Shown piece by piece: positions 31,721 through 45,840 of a stretch of DNA of 64,000 bases. Both the position numbers and the translations under genes were made by a program. The stretch comes from the human T2T-CHM13v2.0 reference genome, Homo sapiens: assembly GCF_009914755.1 (NCBI RefSeq), contig NC_060925.1. The stretch is one strand, 5' to 3'. The stretch's first letter is position 1. Every line of letters begins with the position of its first letter. The notes beneath the pieces were generated by a model that saw only the letters and a program-made list of their open reading frames with translations, searched no databases and was not told the DNA's origin.

Positions 31721-32811
31721 TCAGACACATTTGCAATTATTACATCTTTCTGTTAAAGTAGCCTTTTTATTAATATGAAATGACTCTCTTTTTATCTAAT
31801 AATACTTTCTAACTAAAATTATCATTTGCTTGATATTAATACATTAATATCATTCTTACTTTGGTTGATACTTTTCTAGCATATTGGTTTTTATCATTTA
31901 CTCTCAATTTATATGTACAATTTTATTAAAAGTAATCATCATATATTTGAGTTTTCTTTTATGCTTTTATCCAGTCAGACAATCTTTGTATGTTTAGTAT
32001 GGTGATGAATCCATTTATATTTAATGTAATTACTGATACAGTTCAGTTTAAGTCTAGCATATTGCTACTTACTTTTGCCTCAATTTTTCTCTCTTCTTTT
32101 CCTGCCTTCTCTTATTTTAATCAAATAGTCTTGACTATCTCATTACATCATGTATTCTAGTTATTTTATGTATCTCAATATTATTGGTTTAGTGGCTAAC
32201 TTAGCAATTACAACAAAACATGCTTAAATTATTACAATTTATTCTAAATTAATATTTTTACCACATCAAGACTATGGGGAAAACATCACAACACTTTTAT
32301 TTTCTTTACCTTTTCCTGACACTTTTGCTACTATTGTTTCATATTATACTCTTGAATTTATTAAAAACACTATTAAACATGGTCTATTGATTTAAACAGT
32401 CAAGGCTCTTTTTTATTTGAGTAAAATATACATAGCATAGGGTTTATCATGTTTCAATAGCTTTTTTATTTACTCTTCTATTTATTTTCTTCAGTTCTGC
32501 TTATTCCTTTTTGTACTTCTTTGCTTATATTTTAGATCAGTTTCCTTCAGCCCAGAGAACTTTTTTAGTATTTTTCTATAGTTGAGTCTGCTCTTGTTGA
32601 ATTCTTTCTGCTTTTGTTTGCTTAAGAATGTGTTTCTATTTGCTTTCATTTTTGAAGTATATTTTCACCATTTATAGAGTTCTCTGCTGACTTTTAATTT
32701 TCAGCACTTTAGTAATGCTAAGACATATATATTCAGACTTCAGTATTTACTTCCACAGACTTGGCTGTTATTTTTACTATTCTCCTGGAAAAAAAATGTT
32801 TCCTCTGTCTG

Positions 32812-35063
32812 TGATATGGTTTGGCTCTGTGTCCCCACCCAAATCTCATCTTAAATTATAATCTCCATAATCATCACATGTCAAGGGAGGAACTCAGTGG
32901 GAGGTGACTGGATCATGGGGGTTGTTTGTCCCATGCTGTTCTCATGATAGTGAGTGAGTTCTTATGAGATTTAATGGTTTAAGCATCTGGCATTTCCCCA
33001 ACTTGCACTTCTCTCTCCTGCTACCATATGAAGAAGATCCTCTCTTCTTCTTCACCTTCCACTATGATTGTAAGTTTCCTGAAGCCTCCCCAACCATGTG
33101 AAAGTATGAATCAGTTTAAACTTCTTTTTTTATGAACTACCCAGTCTCAGGTAATTCTTTATAGCAGTGCAAAATGGACTAATACAGTAAATTGGTACCA
33201 AGGTAGTAGGGCACTATTATAAAGATACCTCAAAATGTGGAAGTGACTTTGGAACTGGGTAATGGGCAGAGGTTGGAACAGTTTGGAGGTCTCAAAAGAA
33301 GACAGGAAGATGTGGGAAAGCTTGGAACTTCCTAGAGACTTGTTGAATGCTTTAGACCAAAATGCTGATAGTGATCTGGAATATGAAGTCCAGGCTGAGG
33401 TGGTCTCAGATGGGGACAAGGAACTTATTGGGAGCTGGATCAAAGATCACTCTAACTGTGTTTTAGCAAAGAGATTGGCAACATTTTGCCCCTTCCCTAG
33501 AGATCTGTGGAACTTTGAACTTTGAGAAAGTTGGTCTGAAATTGGAACTTATGTTTAAAAGGGAAGCAGAGCATAAAAGTTTGGAAAATTTGCAGCCTGA
33601 TGATGCAATAGAAATAAAACCCGAATTTTCTTGGGAAAAATGCAAGCCCACTGGAGAAATCTGTGTAAGGAATGAGGAGCCAAATGTTAATCACCATGAC
33701 AAGGGAAAAATGTCTCCAGGGAATGTTAGTGATCTTTAAGGCAGCCTCTCCCATCACAGGCCTGGTTGCCTCGGAAGGAAAAATGGTTTTGCAGGCCTGG
33801 GCCCCACTGCTGTATGCAGTCTCAGGAGTTGGTGGCTTGCATCCTAGCTGCACCAGCTGCAGCCATGTCTAAAAGGGGCCAACATACAGCTTGGGCCATT
33901 GCTTCAGATAATGAAAGCCCTAAGCCTTGGCAGCTTCCACATGGTGTTGGTCCTGTGGGTACACAGAATACAAAACCTCCACCTAGATTCAGAAAATGTA
34001 TATAAGTGCTTAGATGTCCAGGCAGAGGTGTGCTGCAAGGGAGGAACCCTCATGGAGAACCTCTACTAGGGCAATGAGCAAGGGAAATGTAGGATTGGAG
34101 CCCCCACACAGAGGTCCCAGTGGGGCACTACCTAATGGAGCTGTGAGAAGAGGGCCACAGATCCTCCAGATCCCAGAATGGTAGATTCACTGACAGGTTG
34201 CACCTTGTGCCTGGAAAAGCCACAGAGACTCAATGCCAGCAGTGAAAGTAGCCAGGGCAGGGGGCCATACCTTGCAAAACCATTGGGGCAGGTCTGCCCA
34301 AGGCTGTGGGAGCTCACCTCTTGCATCAGTGTGACCTGAATGTGAGACATGGAATCAAAGGGGACTGTTTTGGAACTTTGAGTTTTAATGACTTCCCTAT
34401 TGGATTTCTGACTTTCATGGAGCCTTTGGTCCCTTTGTTTTAGCCAATTCATCCCATTTGGGATGGGAGCATTTACCCAATGCCTGTATTCCCATTGTAT
34501 CTTGAAAATGACTAATTTTCTTTTGATTTTACAAGCTCATATGTGGAAGGGACTTGCCTTGTCTCAGATGAGACTTTGGACATGGACTTTAGGGTTAATG
34601 CTGTAGTGAGTTAAGACTTGGGGGGACTGTTGGGAAGGCATGATTATGTTTTGAAATGTGAGGACATGAGATTTGGGAAAGGCAAGGGGCAGAATAATAT
34701 GGTTAGGCTCTGTGTCCCTACCCAAATCTCATCTTAAATTGTAATCACCATAATCCCTGTGTGTTGAGGGAAGGACCCAGTGGGACGTGCTTGGATCATG
34801 GGGCAGTTTCTCCTATGCTATTCTCGTGATAGTGAATGAGTTCTCATGAGGTTTGATGGTTTTATAAGCATCTGGCATTTCCCCTGTTTGCACTTCTCTC
34901 TTGCCATCATGTGAAGAGGTCTTTCCTTCCCCTTCCACCATGACTGTAACTTTCCTGAGGCCTCCCCAACCATGTGGAATTGTGAGTCAATTATATCTCT
35001 TTTCTTTATAAATTACCCAGTCTTGAGTATTTCTTCATAGCTGTGCAAAAATGGACTAATACA
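32812..35063 (+). mobile_element. Complete THE1 (THE1D-like) MaLR provirus: LTR 32812-33186, internal region, LTR 34695-35063
   Basis: Two homologous ~370-bp LTRs ending ggactaataca; internal ORF remnants (GRGWNSLEVSKEDRKMWESLELPRDLLN); TSD GTCTG/ATCTG. Confidence 0.92.
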
Positions 35064-35927
35064 ATCTGCTTTTAAGATTTTGCCTTTATCTTTGGTTTTC
35101 AGCAGAGTATCAGTATAGGTTTTCTTGGTATACAGCATTTTGGGGGTTTTTAGAAATTTTGATTTTGTGAGCTGATTTCTTTCATCAATTTTGGAAACCT
35201 TTGAGCTATTGTTTCTTCAAATATTGCCTATGTTCATTTTCTTCTCTATTGTTAGAATTCCAATTAAACATGTTTTATAACTTGACTCTACACCACACAT
35301 TTTTTTATACTCTGTTTTGTTTGTTGTTGTTTATACACTTTTGTCTTTCTATATTTCCTTTTGGTTATTTTTACATTAAACTTCCTCTAAGTTTAATAAG
35401 TTTGTATTGTGCTGTGTCCATTTGATTCTTAAAACCATCTGACAAGTTGTTATTTCTGATTTTTGATCCAATTTTAAGATAGCACATGATTTATGAGTCA
35501 ATTTTATTTTGAATATCTTTTTTAAATTTTCATTTCTATATTTTCTATAGTTCCTTTAATGTTCCTAAAATAGCTGTTATAAAGACCTAACACTAATTCT
35601 AACATCTGAATCTGAGTGTCTAGTTCTACTGAATATTTATTTTCTCTTTTTGTTCACAGTTGTTTTTGCTTTTTTGTGTATCTTTTAATTTTTATTCAAA
35701 ATCGTATTTTTAAACAAAAACATGTAATGACAAAAGTTTATATAACTTACTCTCATCAACAAGATTGTTTGCTCTTTCTTGAGCCACTCAAAAATTTAAC
35801 TCAGAGGGACCTGGGTAACACTTTTAGTTTGAGTCAGTCCCATTTCTGGTTTCTAGTCTCAAAGATTAAACCCTCTTGGGTTTTTAAAGTCAAGAATCTG
35901 GTTGGTTTCTTCTATCTCAAAAGACTA

Positions 35928-35929
<2 letters not shown>

Positions 35930-35974
<45 letters not shown>

Positions 35975-36265
35975 ATACATATACACATATATATACATAA
36001 ATATAAATATGTGTATATATATATACTATATATGTGTGTACATATATTAGACTTTTGAGATAGAAGAAGCCAACACATATATATTATGTATGTGAGCATA
36101 TGATATATATATAATAAAAGCCATTTATATATATGTTTGCTTTTCTGCTGTTTTGACTCTGTTCTTATATATATATAATCTTAAATGCTCATATATAAAT
36201 GAAACAGCAGAAAAGTGAACATATATATAAGAGCTTTTATTATATATAAATAATATATATATGTA
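35930..36265. repeat. (CA)n microsatellite followed by TA-rich low complexity
   Basis: Directly visible. Confidence 0.95.
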
Positions 36266-37186
36266 TACAGCTTTTCTGCTGTTTTGACATCTGCTCTTAA
36301 ATATCATCCAGAGTGACTTTCAAATATGGCATGTTTTGATGAGAATACTAGTTGTGTATTTGAGTCAGATCCATTTTCTTATTGAGACTTTTTTTCTATG
36401 AGACAACGGGAAAGTCAGTCTTCCCGTATGAAGCTACCTAGACTCTAGCAAAGCAACCTGATTTGGCAAAGTTTCAGAATTCTTCATGCTAGATATAGCC
36501 TCCTTATGTTTGGTTCTTTCTTACCTCATTACCATTCTTCCATTCAGACTAAATAGAGGCCTGATCTTCAATCCATATCCAGAGCTGACAAACATAACCA
36601 GGTAAAAAATGGCCAGAGACCCTATATTTACTTGAAACAGGTCCTTCCTACTTGTGTTTTGTTCATTTAATCCTCTTTGCTCCCACAACTTACCTTTGAA
36701 CATACACATGCACACACAATTTGTTGTTGTTCCAATTTGGAGTAGAAACATTGTTCTTTTCCATCCTATTCTATCTTATTTGGAGTGCCTGTATAATTCT
36801 GTATTAACTTATCATGCTAATTTTTGTAAATATAATTTTTCTACCTGTAATGCATATTATACATCTCTTTGATTACTTAATAACTGGCTTCCCTAATAGA
36901 ATGGAAATGCTTTGAGAACAGATAGTTTGTTTCTTCATTGTTTTTTCTTTATAACTTAGAATAGTGCTCAATAAATATTTCCCAAATTAATGGAAGAATA
37001 GTAGAATGCTCTCCAGCAATTAAGAGTAATATAACAAAATATATCTATTGCTTTGCAAAGTTTTTTAGGTGTTTTTCCACAGTGAACATTCTTATAAAAT
37101 TATGTAGATACAAATTTTATAAGGTGAAATGTATAGTTACACTACATGCATGAAATGTATGTTTACTCCATAGATATGGGGTTAGG

Positions 37187-37207
37187 AGAGAGAGAGAGAG
37201 AGAGAGA
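37187..37207. repeat. (GA)n microsatellite
   Basis: Directly visible, ~110 bp upstream of exon 2. Confidence 0.9.
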
Positions 37208-37282
37208 AATTTAGATAGACCTGTGACTGTCTAGGCATTTTTAAAAGCAACAATTACCTAAATATACTGTACATTTAAATAG

Positions 37283-37525
<243 letters not shown>

Positions 37526-37631
37526 TGAAATTTATGAAAACTAGGTGTAAAAATACTTAAGATTTAATATTGTAGCAATTATGCCTGAATTATATCACTA
37601 TTGCCAGTCAAATACAAAATAATACATAATC

Positions 37632-37977
<346 letters not shown>

Positions 37978-38173
37978 AATACATCATCATTTTCAAAAAG
38001 GGGTGGTCATCCTCCAAAATTAAAAAAGCAAGCATATAGTTTAAGTTCAATTATGAAATAATGGCTTTGCTATGTTTAATTTTCCTTACATTCAATCTGT
38101 CTTCTTATATAATATCAAATATACTTGTTCCCCCACTCCTACATAAAATATATTCCTTGCTATTACATACTAA

Positions 38174-38332
<159 letters not shown>

Positions 38333-40289
38333 TAATTAAGATAGTAAATAGGAACTCTACTACTTTATATATTTTTAAGGTTATTATATTTTTCTATGAG
38401 CATTTAAAAAAGTAATACACAAGTACCTGAAAGTTTAACTATGATGGAAATAATTAAATCTGGATACCATATTATCTCCTTAACATTGAAAAATTTAAAT
38501 GAAGTATAACTTCTCTGATAGAGTATAATTATGGGAGAGTGGGAAAACAGTATGCACATATATAAGTATTCACCCAACAAGTCTTCACGACATTCTATTT
38601 TGTGCAGAGTATCATGGGAGTTCAATGTGTCAGGAACAATAGGAATTGTAACCAATTTATATTGTATGGTAACTGTTTTGACAGGTTTTATAAAATTTAA
38701 GGAAAGCAAGACTTTCACCTGCTTATAAGTTTTACTTACAACTAAGGTTACTTAATGTCCCAGGTCTGCAAATTATTCTTACCACATGGATTAAAAATAC
38801 TACTCTTTCAGAATCATTGACTCTGTTCCTTCTAACCAACTACTGGGTTTTCATTGCCAAAATCATCACTGTATATCCTCAGTGTTATTTTATCCCCCTT
38901 ATTCTCTGCTAGATGAAAAATTATTTTGGAGAAAAATTTATGTATGGGAAAACCAGGATTAGATCACTATAATCGTATACTTCATAAATATAAATGTAAC
39001 CAAATATTACAAATGGAATAACATTATTATTTCCCCATTTTTTCCTTAATTTGAAGCAATAAAATATAATAGTTTAAAGCTTAGTCACTGGAGTAAGCCT
39101 GCCTTTCAAAACTCTACCACTTAACATTTATGGGTATTTAAAAATATATCTCTTCACTACCATTTCCTCTCCTACAAAACAGACACATTTTATGTGCATC
39201 ATGGATTGGCAGGAAAAATAAATAAGACACACATCTGCAGCCCTTAGAAGAGACCTTGAGATATAGTAGATACCAAATAAGTATAATTTCTTATGAATTT
39301 ATTCTCTCCTTAGTCACTACCTGAGGGAGGTTTTTCAAATACATTTTTAGCCCTTCAATCATTACTGCTGATCTTATCACACATAACCAAATAGGTTATA
39401 ATATCCTGGGGCTGAATTTTTTAATTTGCTACCTTCCTCACCTCTGAAATATTTCTTTTATCACAGGCTTGTGTCCTCTCTTTAAGTTCAGCACTTGACT
39501 TGGCTAAGGAGATAAAAATGTATAGATCTGAAGCCTCTAGCAATGATTGCACATTTTGCACATGTCCCAGGGAACTCATATTCAAGTAGAGCATTTTTTA
39601 GATTCAAAGGGCAGGCTTGATGGGTTACTAAAATTACTTAAGTTCAACATTAGATGGCTTGGATGAGCAGATTTGACTCACTGGGTATTCTCAGGAAAAA
39701 ATCTCTACGATAGAGATGGAGAGATGGAGGCAAGTGCTGAAAGTAAATCACACACTAACAACTTTTGGCTGGCACTATCTTTATTATGTAGAAACCCTAA
39801 GGTGTTCAGAAAATATCAGAATCATGGAGGACAGAAATACGGTCTAAGACTGGAGGAGAGGGAAACATAAGGTTAGTCGTTGGTTACTATGGTATTTTTA
39901 GCTTTTGTTTTGGTGATAGTTCATGGAGCTTACTATATTATTGAATTTAGCTAATTAGATAATTCAATGAAAAATAAGAATACTTTGTATGAAACAATAA
40001 TGATTTTGTCGTGAACCAAGGATTATGATTATTTTCAGTCCATGCACCAAGAAGGAGAGAAAGATAAAGGGAGAGAGAGGTTAAGAGATTTTTCATCTAT
40101 GAAAATTAGAGGAAGAAGATTAATGTTCTAGAGAACGTTAAGAAATCTAAGACAGAGTGAAGGAGGAGGAGAAGGAGGAAGGAAAAACAAACAAGAAACA
40201 AGAAACAAGAAAATGCATATGCTGTTCATTTTCCTTAATATGGAGTTTCTGGACACTCAGAATGGCATCGAGTTTAAAACTGCATGTAA

Positions 40290-40436
<147 letters not shown>

Positions 40437-41162
40437 TGAAATAAATATCTAAGATTTAAAAAAAGTCTTACATTAAAATATCTTAAAGTCTCTATTAAAT
40501 ATTTTTATTTAATGTTTTTTTTTCTCATACAATGTAGAGTGGGAATCTAGTCTTTTTATTACTACATTCTTGGTGTTTCAAAAGCCAAAAACGAATGCAG
40601 CCTGATCTGATATAATAATTGAAGTATTAGACATTAAGGAATCTAAAACTGATTTTTATTTCCTTTTGGATTCTAATGACTAGAAACGCATATAAGCATC
40701 ATTAGCTAAATAAAGACCAGAATTTTGCCTTTATTAATGAAGAAGAACTCACCCAGTAACCACCCAAATGCAGGGATCTATGGTAACAGCTGAAGTGGAG
40801 AACGTGATTGAGACCTCCCACTAAGGGAGGTTGCCTGTGGACTTACCTTTACTGAAAAGAGGAATAAACTAAGGGCGAGCTCTGTTATTTCTCACTGGTC
40901 TGTAAAGCAAACAGTGAAAATGAGAAAATGTAGATTCTGTTTTCATGTTTTGAGCTAATAATCCAAATCTCTAGTCATTATGGAAATAAAAGAAATCAAC
41001 CAGAGTAGTATTTCCTAATTCCACAGTGAGTGGCAAGTGGAGAGAGATACAGAAGAAACGTGATAATCATTCAAAAACTGTCAACTACAGAAAATAATGG
41101 AAGATTTTTTCATCTATGAAAATTGGAGGAAGAAGATTAATGGTCTAGGGAACATCTACATT

Positions 41163-41330
41163 GAAATCACCTGGGATGCTTGTTAAAAACTAAAATCTTT
41201 GGTTACTAAAAAATGACCTACTGAATCAGTATCTTTGGGGTGAGCATGCAGGAAGATAGCCCTAAAATTTTTATTTTAACAAGCATCCTGAGTCATTCTA
41301 TAGTACAATAAAGTTTGACCACAACTTTAG
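41163..41330. mobile_element. MER5A-like hAT MITE
   Basis: aatcacctgggatgcttgttaaaa...gacctactgaatcag...ttttaacaagc...aaagtttga. Confidence 0.7.
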
Positions 41331-41792
41331 AGAAATTGGAAAATATTAAGTAGAATCAAAAGAACTACTCAAATTATTTTAAACACTGAGGTCGAAGAGG
41401 ATGGAAAATTAACGATGATTTCTCTATTGAAGTTAATGTCATAAAGTTTGCTTTTACATCTTTTAGGAACACGGTGTTATATTATTCTAGGGCATAAATG
41501 AAAATGTATTTAATTATCTCAAGCTTTATATTTCTTAATTATTTAAAAATACTAGTTTGTTACTACAAAAATACAAGCTAGCATTGAAAGTAGTAATTTT
41601 CATTGTCCACTCCCATAGAAAAGAATCAGGAATAAACATTCCATTTGCTTGTTTCTTAGAGGAAAGTATCTCTAGCAAACAGGTATATCAAATGCTTCTA
41701 AAAATAATTTAAGTAATTTCCTCCAATCTTATCCTGAGGATGATTTTATACATACACATATTTTTCACAATAAACTTTTAAAATTCCATTAG

Positions 41793-42029
<237 letters not shown>

Positions 42030-42104
42030 TAGTATTTTTAGCTTTTTAAATGTAAATATACATTTAAAACATCGTTCATTCTAAGGAATATCAGCAATAT
42101 TAAC

Positions 42105-42345
42105 AATAGCTAATGTTTATTGAGCACTTACTATCTGCCTGTAATTGAGCTAAGTTCTTTGCATGCATCATTTCATTTTAACTTTCAAAAAACTCCATGA
42201 TTTACTTACTCATCACTTTCATTTTATAATGGAAGAGACTGGTGCAAAGAAGTTAAATCACATGCCCTGGATTATCATGGCATAAAGAGTCAAGTTAGGA
42301 TTTAAATGTAGGTTATCTGACACCAGAGTCCATGCTTTAACCATA
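42105..42345 (-). mobile_element. MIR
   Basis: aatagctaatgtttattgagcacttactat...cattttataatggaagagactgg. Confidence 0.75.
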
Positions 42346-43924
42346 ACTCCATTGTAGTTGTCTCTTAGGTTGAAAGAGAATGCTAAGTATTTCTGCTGCA
42401 AGCTGTAAGACCTCTGGAATAGACATTTGTTTTTATTTTGAAAGCCAAAGATTCATTATGTATTTCCAGAGATACATTAGAATGACATTCGTTTTTGAAT
42501 AACACTTTTAGGAAGCAGACCTATTTTATATTTGTACTGCAAGTTTACTATAAATGTTGCTGAATTGAACAGAATCCACTAAATAAATTGTTGCCTCTTA
42601 AAAAAAGTTTTATAGTAAACTGTAAGCCAGGATTTTTTTAGTCATAATACTGCCAACCTGTGCATCATGACCAATCAAAGATTTTGGCTTCTGTGATAAA
42701 CATCGTGGTTGATTTGTTTAGTAGTACCATAGTTCAAGTTCATTTTACCAATAATTGTTTGGCAGAAGTTTCTGGCATATTTATATTTTAATATTATCTA
42801 AAATATCTAAATTATTTTTACTATTAAAGTCTGTTATATCTTAGATACAGATAAAAGAATTTCTCTTCTTAAGAACACTTTGTAACAACAATAGTTCTTT
42901 ATGTTAAATCTAATATTTTTATTCAGCATAGCAAATATTATGTACTTTAGAAGTACATGGATGGAATTTACATCCTTACAACTAGATTCCTGTGGTTAGT
43001 GAAAACTTCCTGGAATGGCTGATGCCTACGATTAAGTCTTAAAGAAAAAAAACGAGATTTTGTAGATGAAAATGAGAGCAAAAGCATACCAGAGTTCAGG
43101 GAAAGGGAAGTGGAAGGGCAGTGAGGCTTTAAGGAGCATGAAGCACCACTGATTCTTGTCCATTGTTCCTAGGCACCTTAGTCTAGGATGCAAGTAGGGA
43201 ACGAGTCAGTGATAAATAGAAGGTGGGCCAATACATAGTGCTGAGGTGCTGCATGCACCATGCTGAAGAACGCGTCTTTTATTCAGATTGATTTGGGAAT
43301 CAATGAAGGATTTCAAGTGGAGTTACGATGTGTCTACCTGAGAGGTCATTAAGCTATACACAAGGAAAATGGATTAGAAAGTGGGAGAACAGAGTTTGGG
43401 AAACTACTTATGATTGGCACAATCCCAGGTAAAAATGTTTGAGAGAAGTGGGTATAAAAGGTATAAAAGATGATGGCCATTTTTTTTTTTTCTGAGGAAA
43501 TCTTGGCTAAATAGTGATGACACAAAAACAGGTCAGTTACTTTTCAGAGATGTAATGACAATGAGTTAAATCAATGTCTTTGACAAAAAGTCCTGTTGAT
43601 AATTCCTGTCTTATCAATAACTAGAAGATGTGTTATTTTTTGCAGGTCATTCAGTGAAAACATCACAATAAAACTATATTTATGATCAATTTTATTTATA
43701 CAGTTGATGAATGTTACTGGTCACTATTTATTTCAAGAAGGCTAATTTATCCTGAAACTAAATAAAATCAGAAGCATAATTTTAATCAGAATTTTAACTT
43801 TCTTCAGATAAATCATTTATTAAGTGGTCAAGTCAAAACAGAACTTTTGTTTGGTTGACTGATTTACCTGATGGAAACAACATTTCTGTTTTCATATAAT
43901 TATGTCCTGGTCACAGTCCTTTAA

Positions 43925-44224
<300 letters not shown>

Positions 44225-45813
44225 TAGAGTGCTAATTTATGTAAATAAACTATTATAAAAAACATATAGCATTTTCTGTGTTCAAGGTTCATTTTGAGTA
44301 CACTTCGTACGATACACACACTCTGAAAACAGACATAAACAGGGCCAGAAAAGTTCAGTAGCTTATTAAGTCATTGGTCTATCATCAAAAACCATGTCTG
44401 GATCAGAGTGAGGACTATAATAGACTTCCTAATTCTCAGTAACATACAATTCTCAAACAAGTAGATTGCTCCACTAATGCCCAGAATTTATTTAAATTAT
44501 ATGAATATTTTAAAATACTTTAAAAGTAACTTGTATTAATACCAGGTGAGGAAACTCTCAACTGACAATGGAATTAAGTTGAAGGAAGTGAATATTTTTG
44601 TTAACAACAGGCCCAGTATGACTCAACGGTGATGATGGTCCTGGAAAATTACCAAAAAAAAAAAAAAAAAACCTCTCAACTTTCATTATGGAGGGATGTT
44701 ACACAGAGCCAAAGAGTTCATCTCAACTGTGCTCTTTGCCCACCAAAAAATATATCTGGAATAGAGTGTTCTACTTAACCTACTTCATTTTAAACGGGAA
44801 AGTTTCAAACTATCATGGCCAAGAAGAGAGAATATGGACAGTTGTGGACTTTTAAGAAATTATGCCATAAGACGTACAGTAAGAAGCTACAGCTATAGTG
44901 TGGTGATAACAGTTTTGAGATATTTTCAAACATTTATAAAATAAGTGGGTTTGCTTTTGATGAGGTCTGCTGCAATTAGTGAAACAAGGAACAGTGTTAC
45001 CACATATGGTCCAGAAATCTAAAAGGGTGATACTGCCATACTGTGAGAGAAAGAAGAGTTGAACTCTTAAGAGCCCTCTGAACTTTAAATCCCATGATTC
45101 ATAAATACATGTTTAAACTGTGCTTTAGTAATCCTCTTTTACAAAAGAATAGTTAATTTTGGGTTAATTTTATACACTAAAAAAATTTTGGTTTGAGCCC
45201 ACAAGTGTCTCCTTGGAAAACATATTTTTCTTCACAATTGCGTGATCTCTACTTTTAGGCACTGTTAAGAGAATATTTTAGAAAGAAATTAATGAACATG
45301 AGACAGTAATAACCCACATCAGATCCATGTTTGGCTAATGGTGTGTGGGGTCCAACTATTTGTCTTCATGGCATTCGTAGTTCCTAAGCAAAGGAAGTGC
45401 ATGCACAAGTCCTTTGGCATTAACTTCTACCTGAAGTATATTATTTCCAGAGCCCCTCTCAAATCTATAGTGAATTTATCCATGCAGTAATCAAAATGTA
45501 ACTTATAAACCACTTATTTTACATCAGGACCTTGCTGTGTATTGAAGATAAACATTGCAATAAACCATCATTCCAGCTTTCAATGAATTCAAAATAAGAC
45601 TCTGGGAATTTAGTTTTATTTGAATATGTGACTCTGTAGCATTACTACCTCATTGTAGTCATCTGATTTTTTCGTCTCTTTTACTTCTTCACTTTGATAC
45701 CTACTTAAAACTCTTCCTTAGCACATATTTGTTTTCACAATGAGAGATCCATCTGTTTTTCCCAAATGTATTACTGCATTTCTATTCTTGCTTCTCTTGA
45801 ACACTAATTGATT

Positions 45814-45840
45814 CACACACACACACACACACACACACAC
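45814..45840. repeat. (CA)n microsatellite
   Basis: Directly visible. Confidence 0.95.

Noticed and set aside
33159-34452. Cluster of 60-118 aa ORFs
   Set aside because: Frameshifted remnants of the THE1 internal region, not a host gene.
35616-36307. 144-aa and neighbouring ORFs with HTHT/YIYI tracts
   Set aside because: They run through CA/TA microsatellites.
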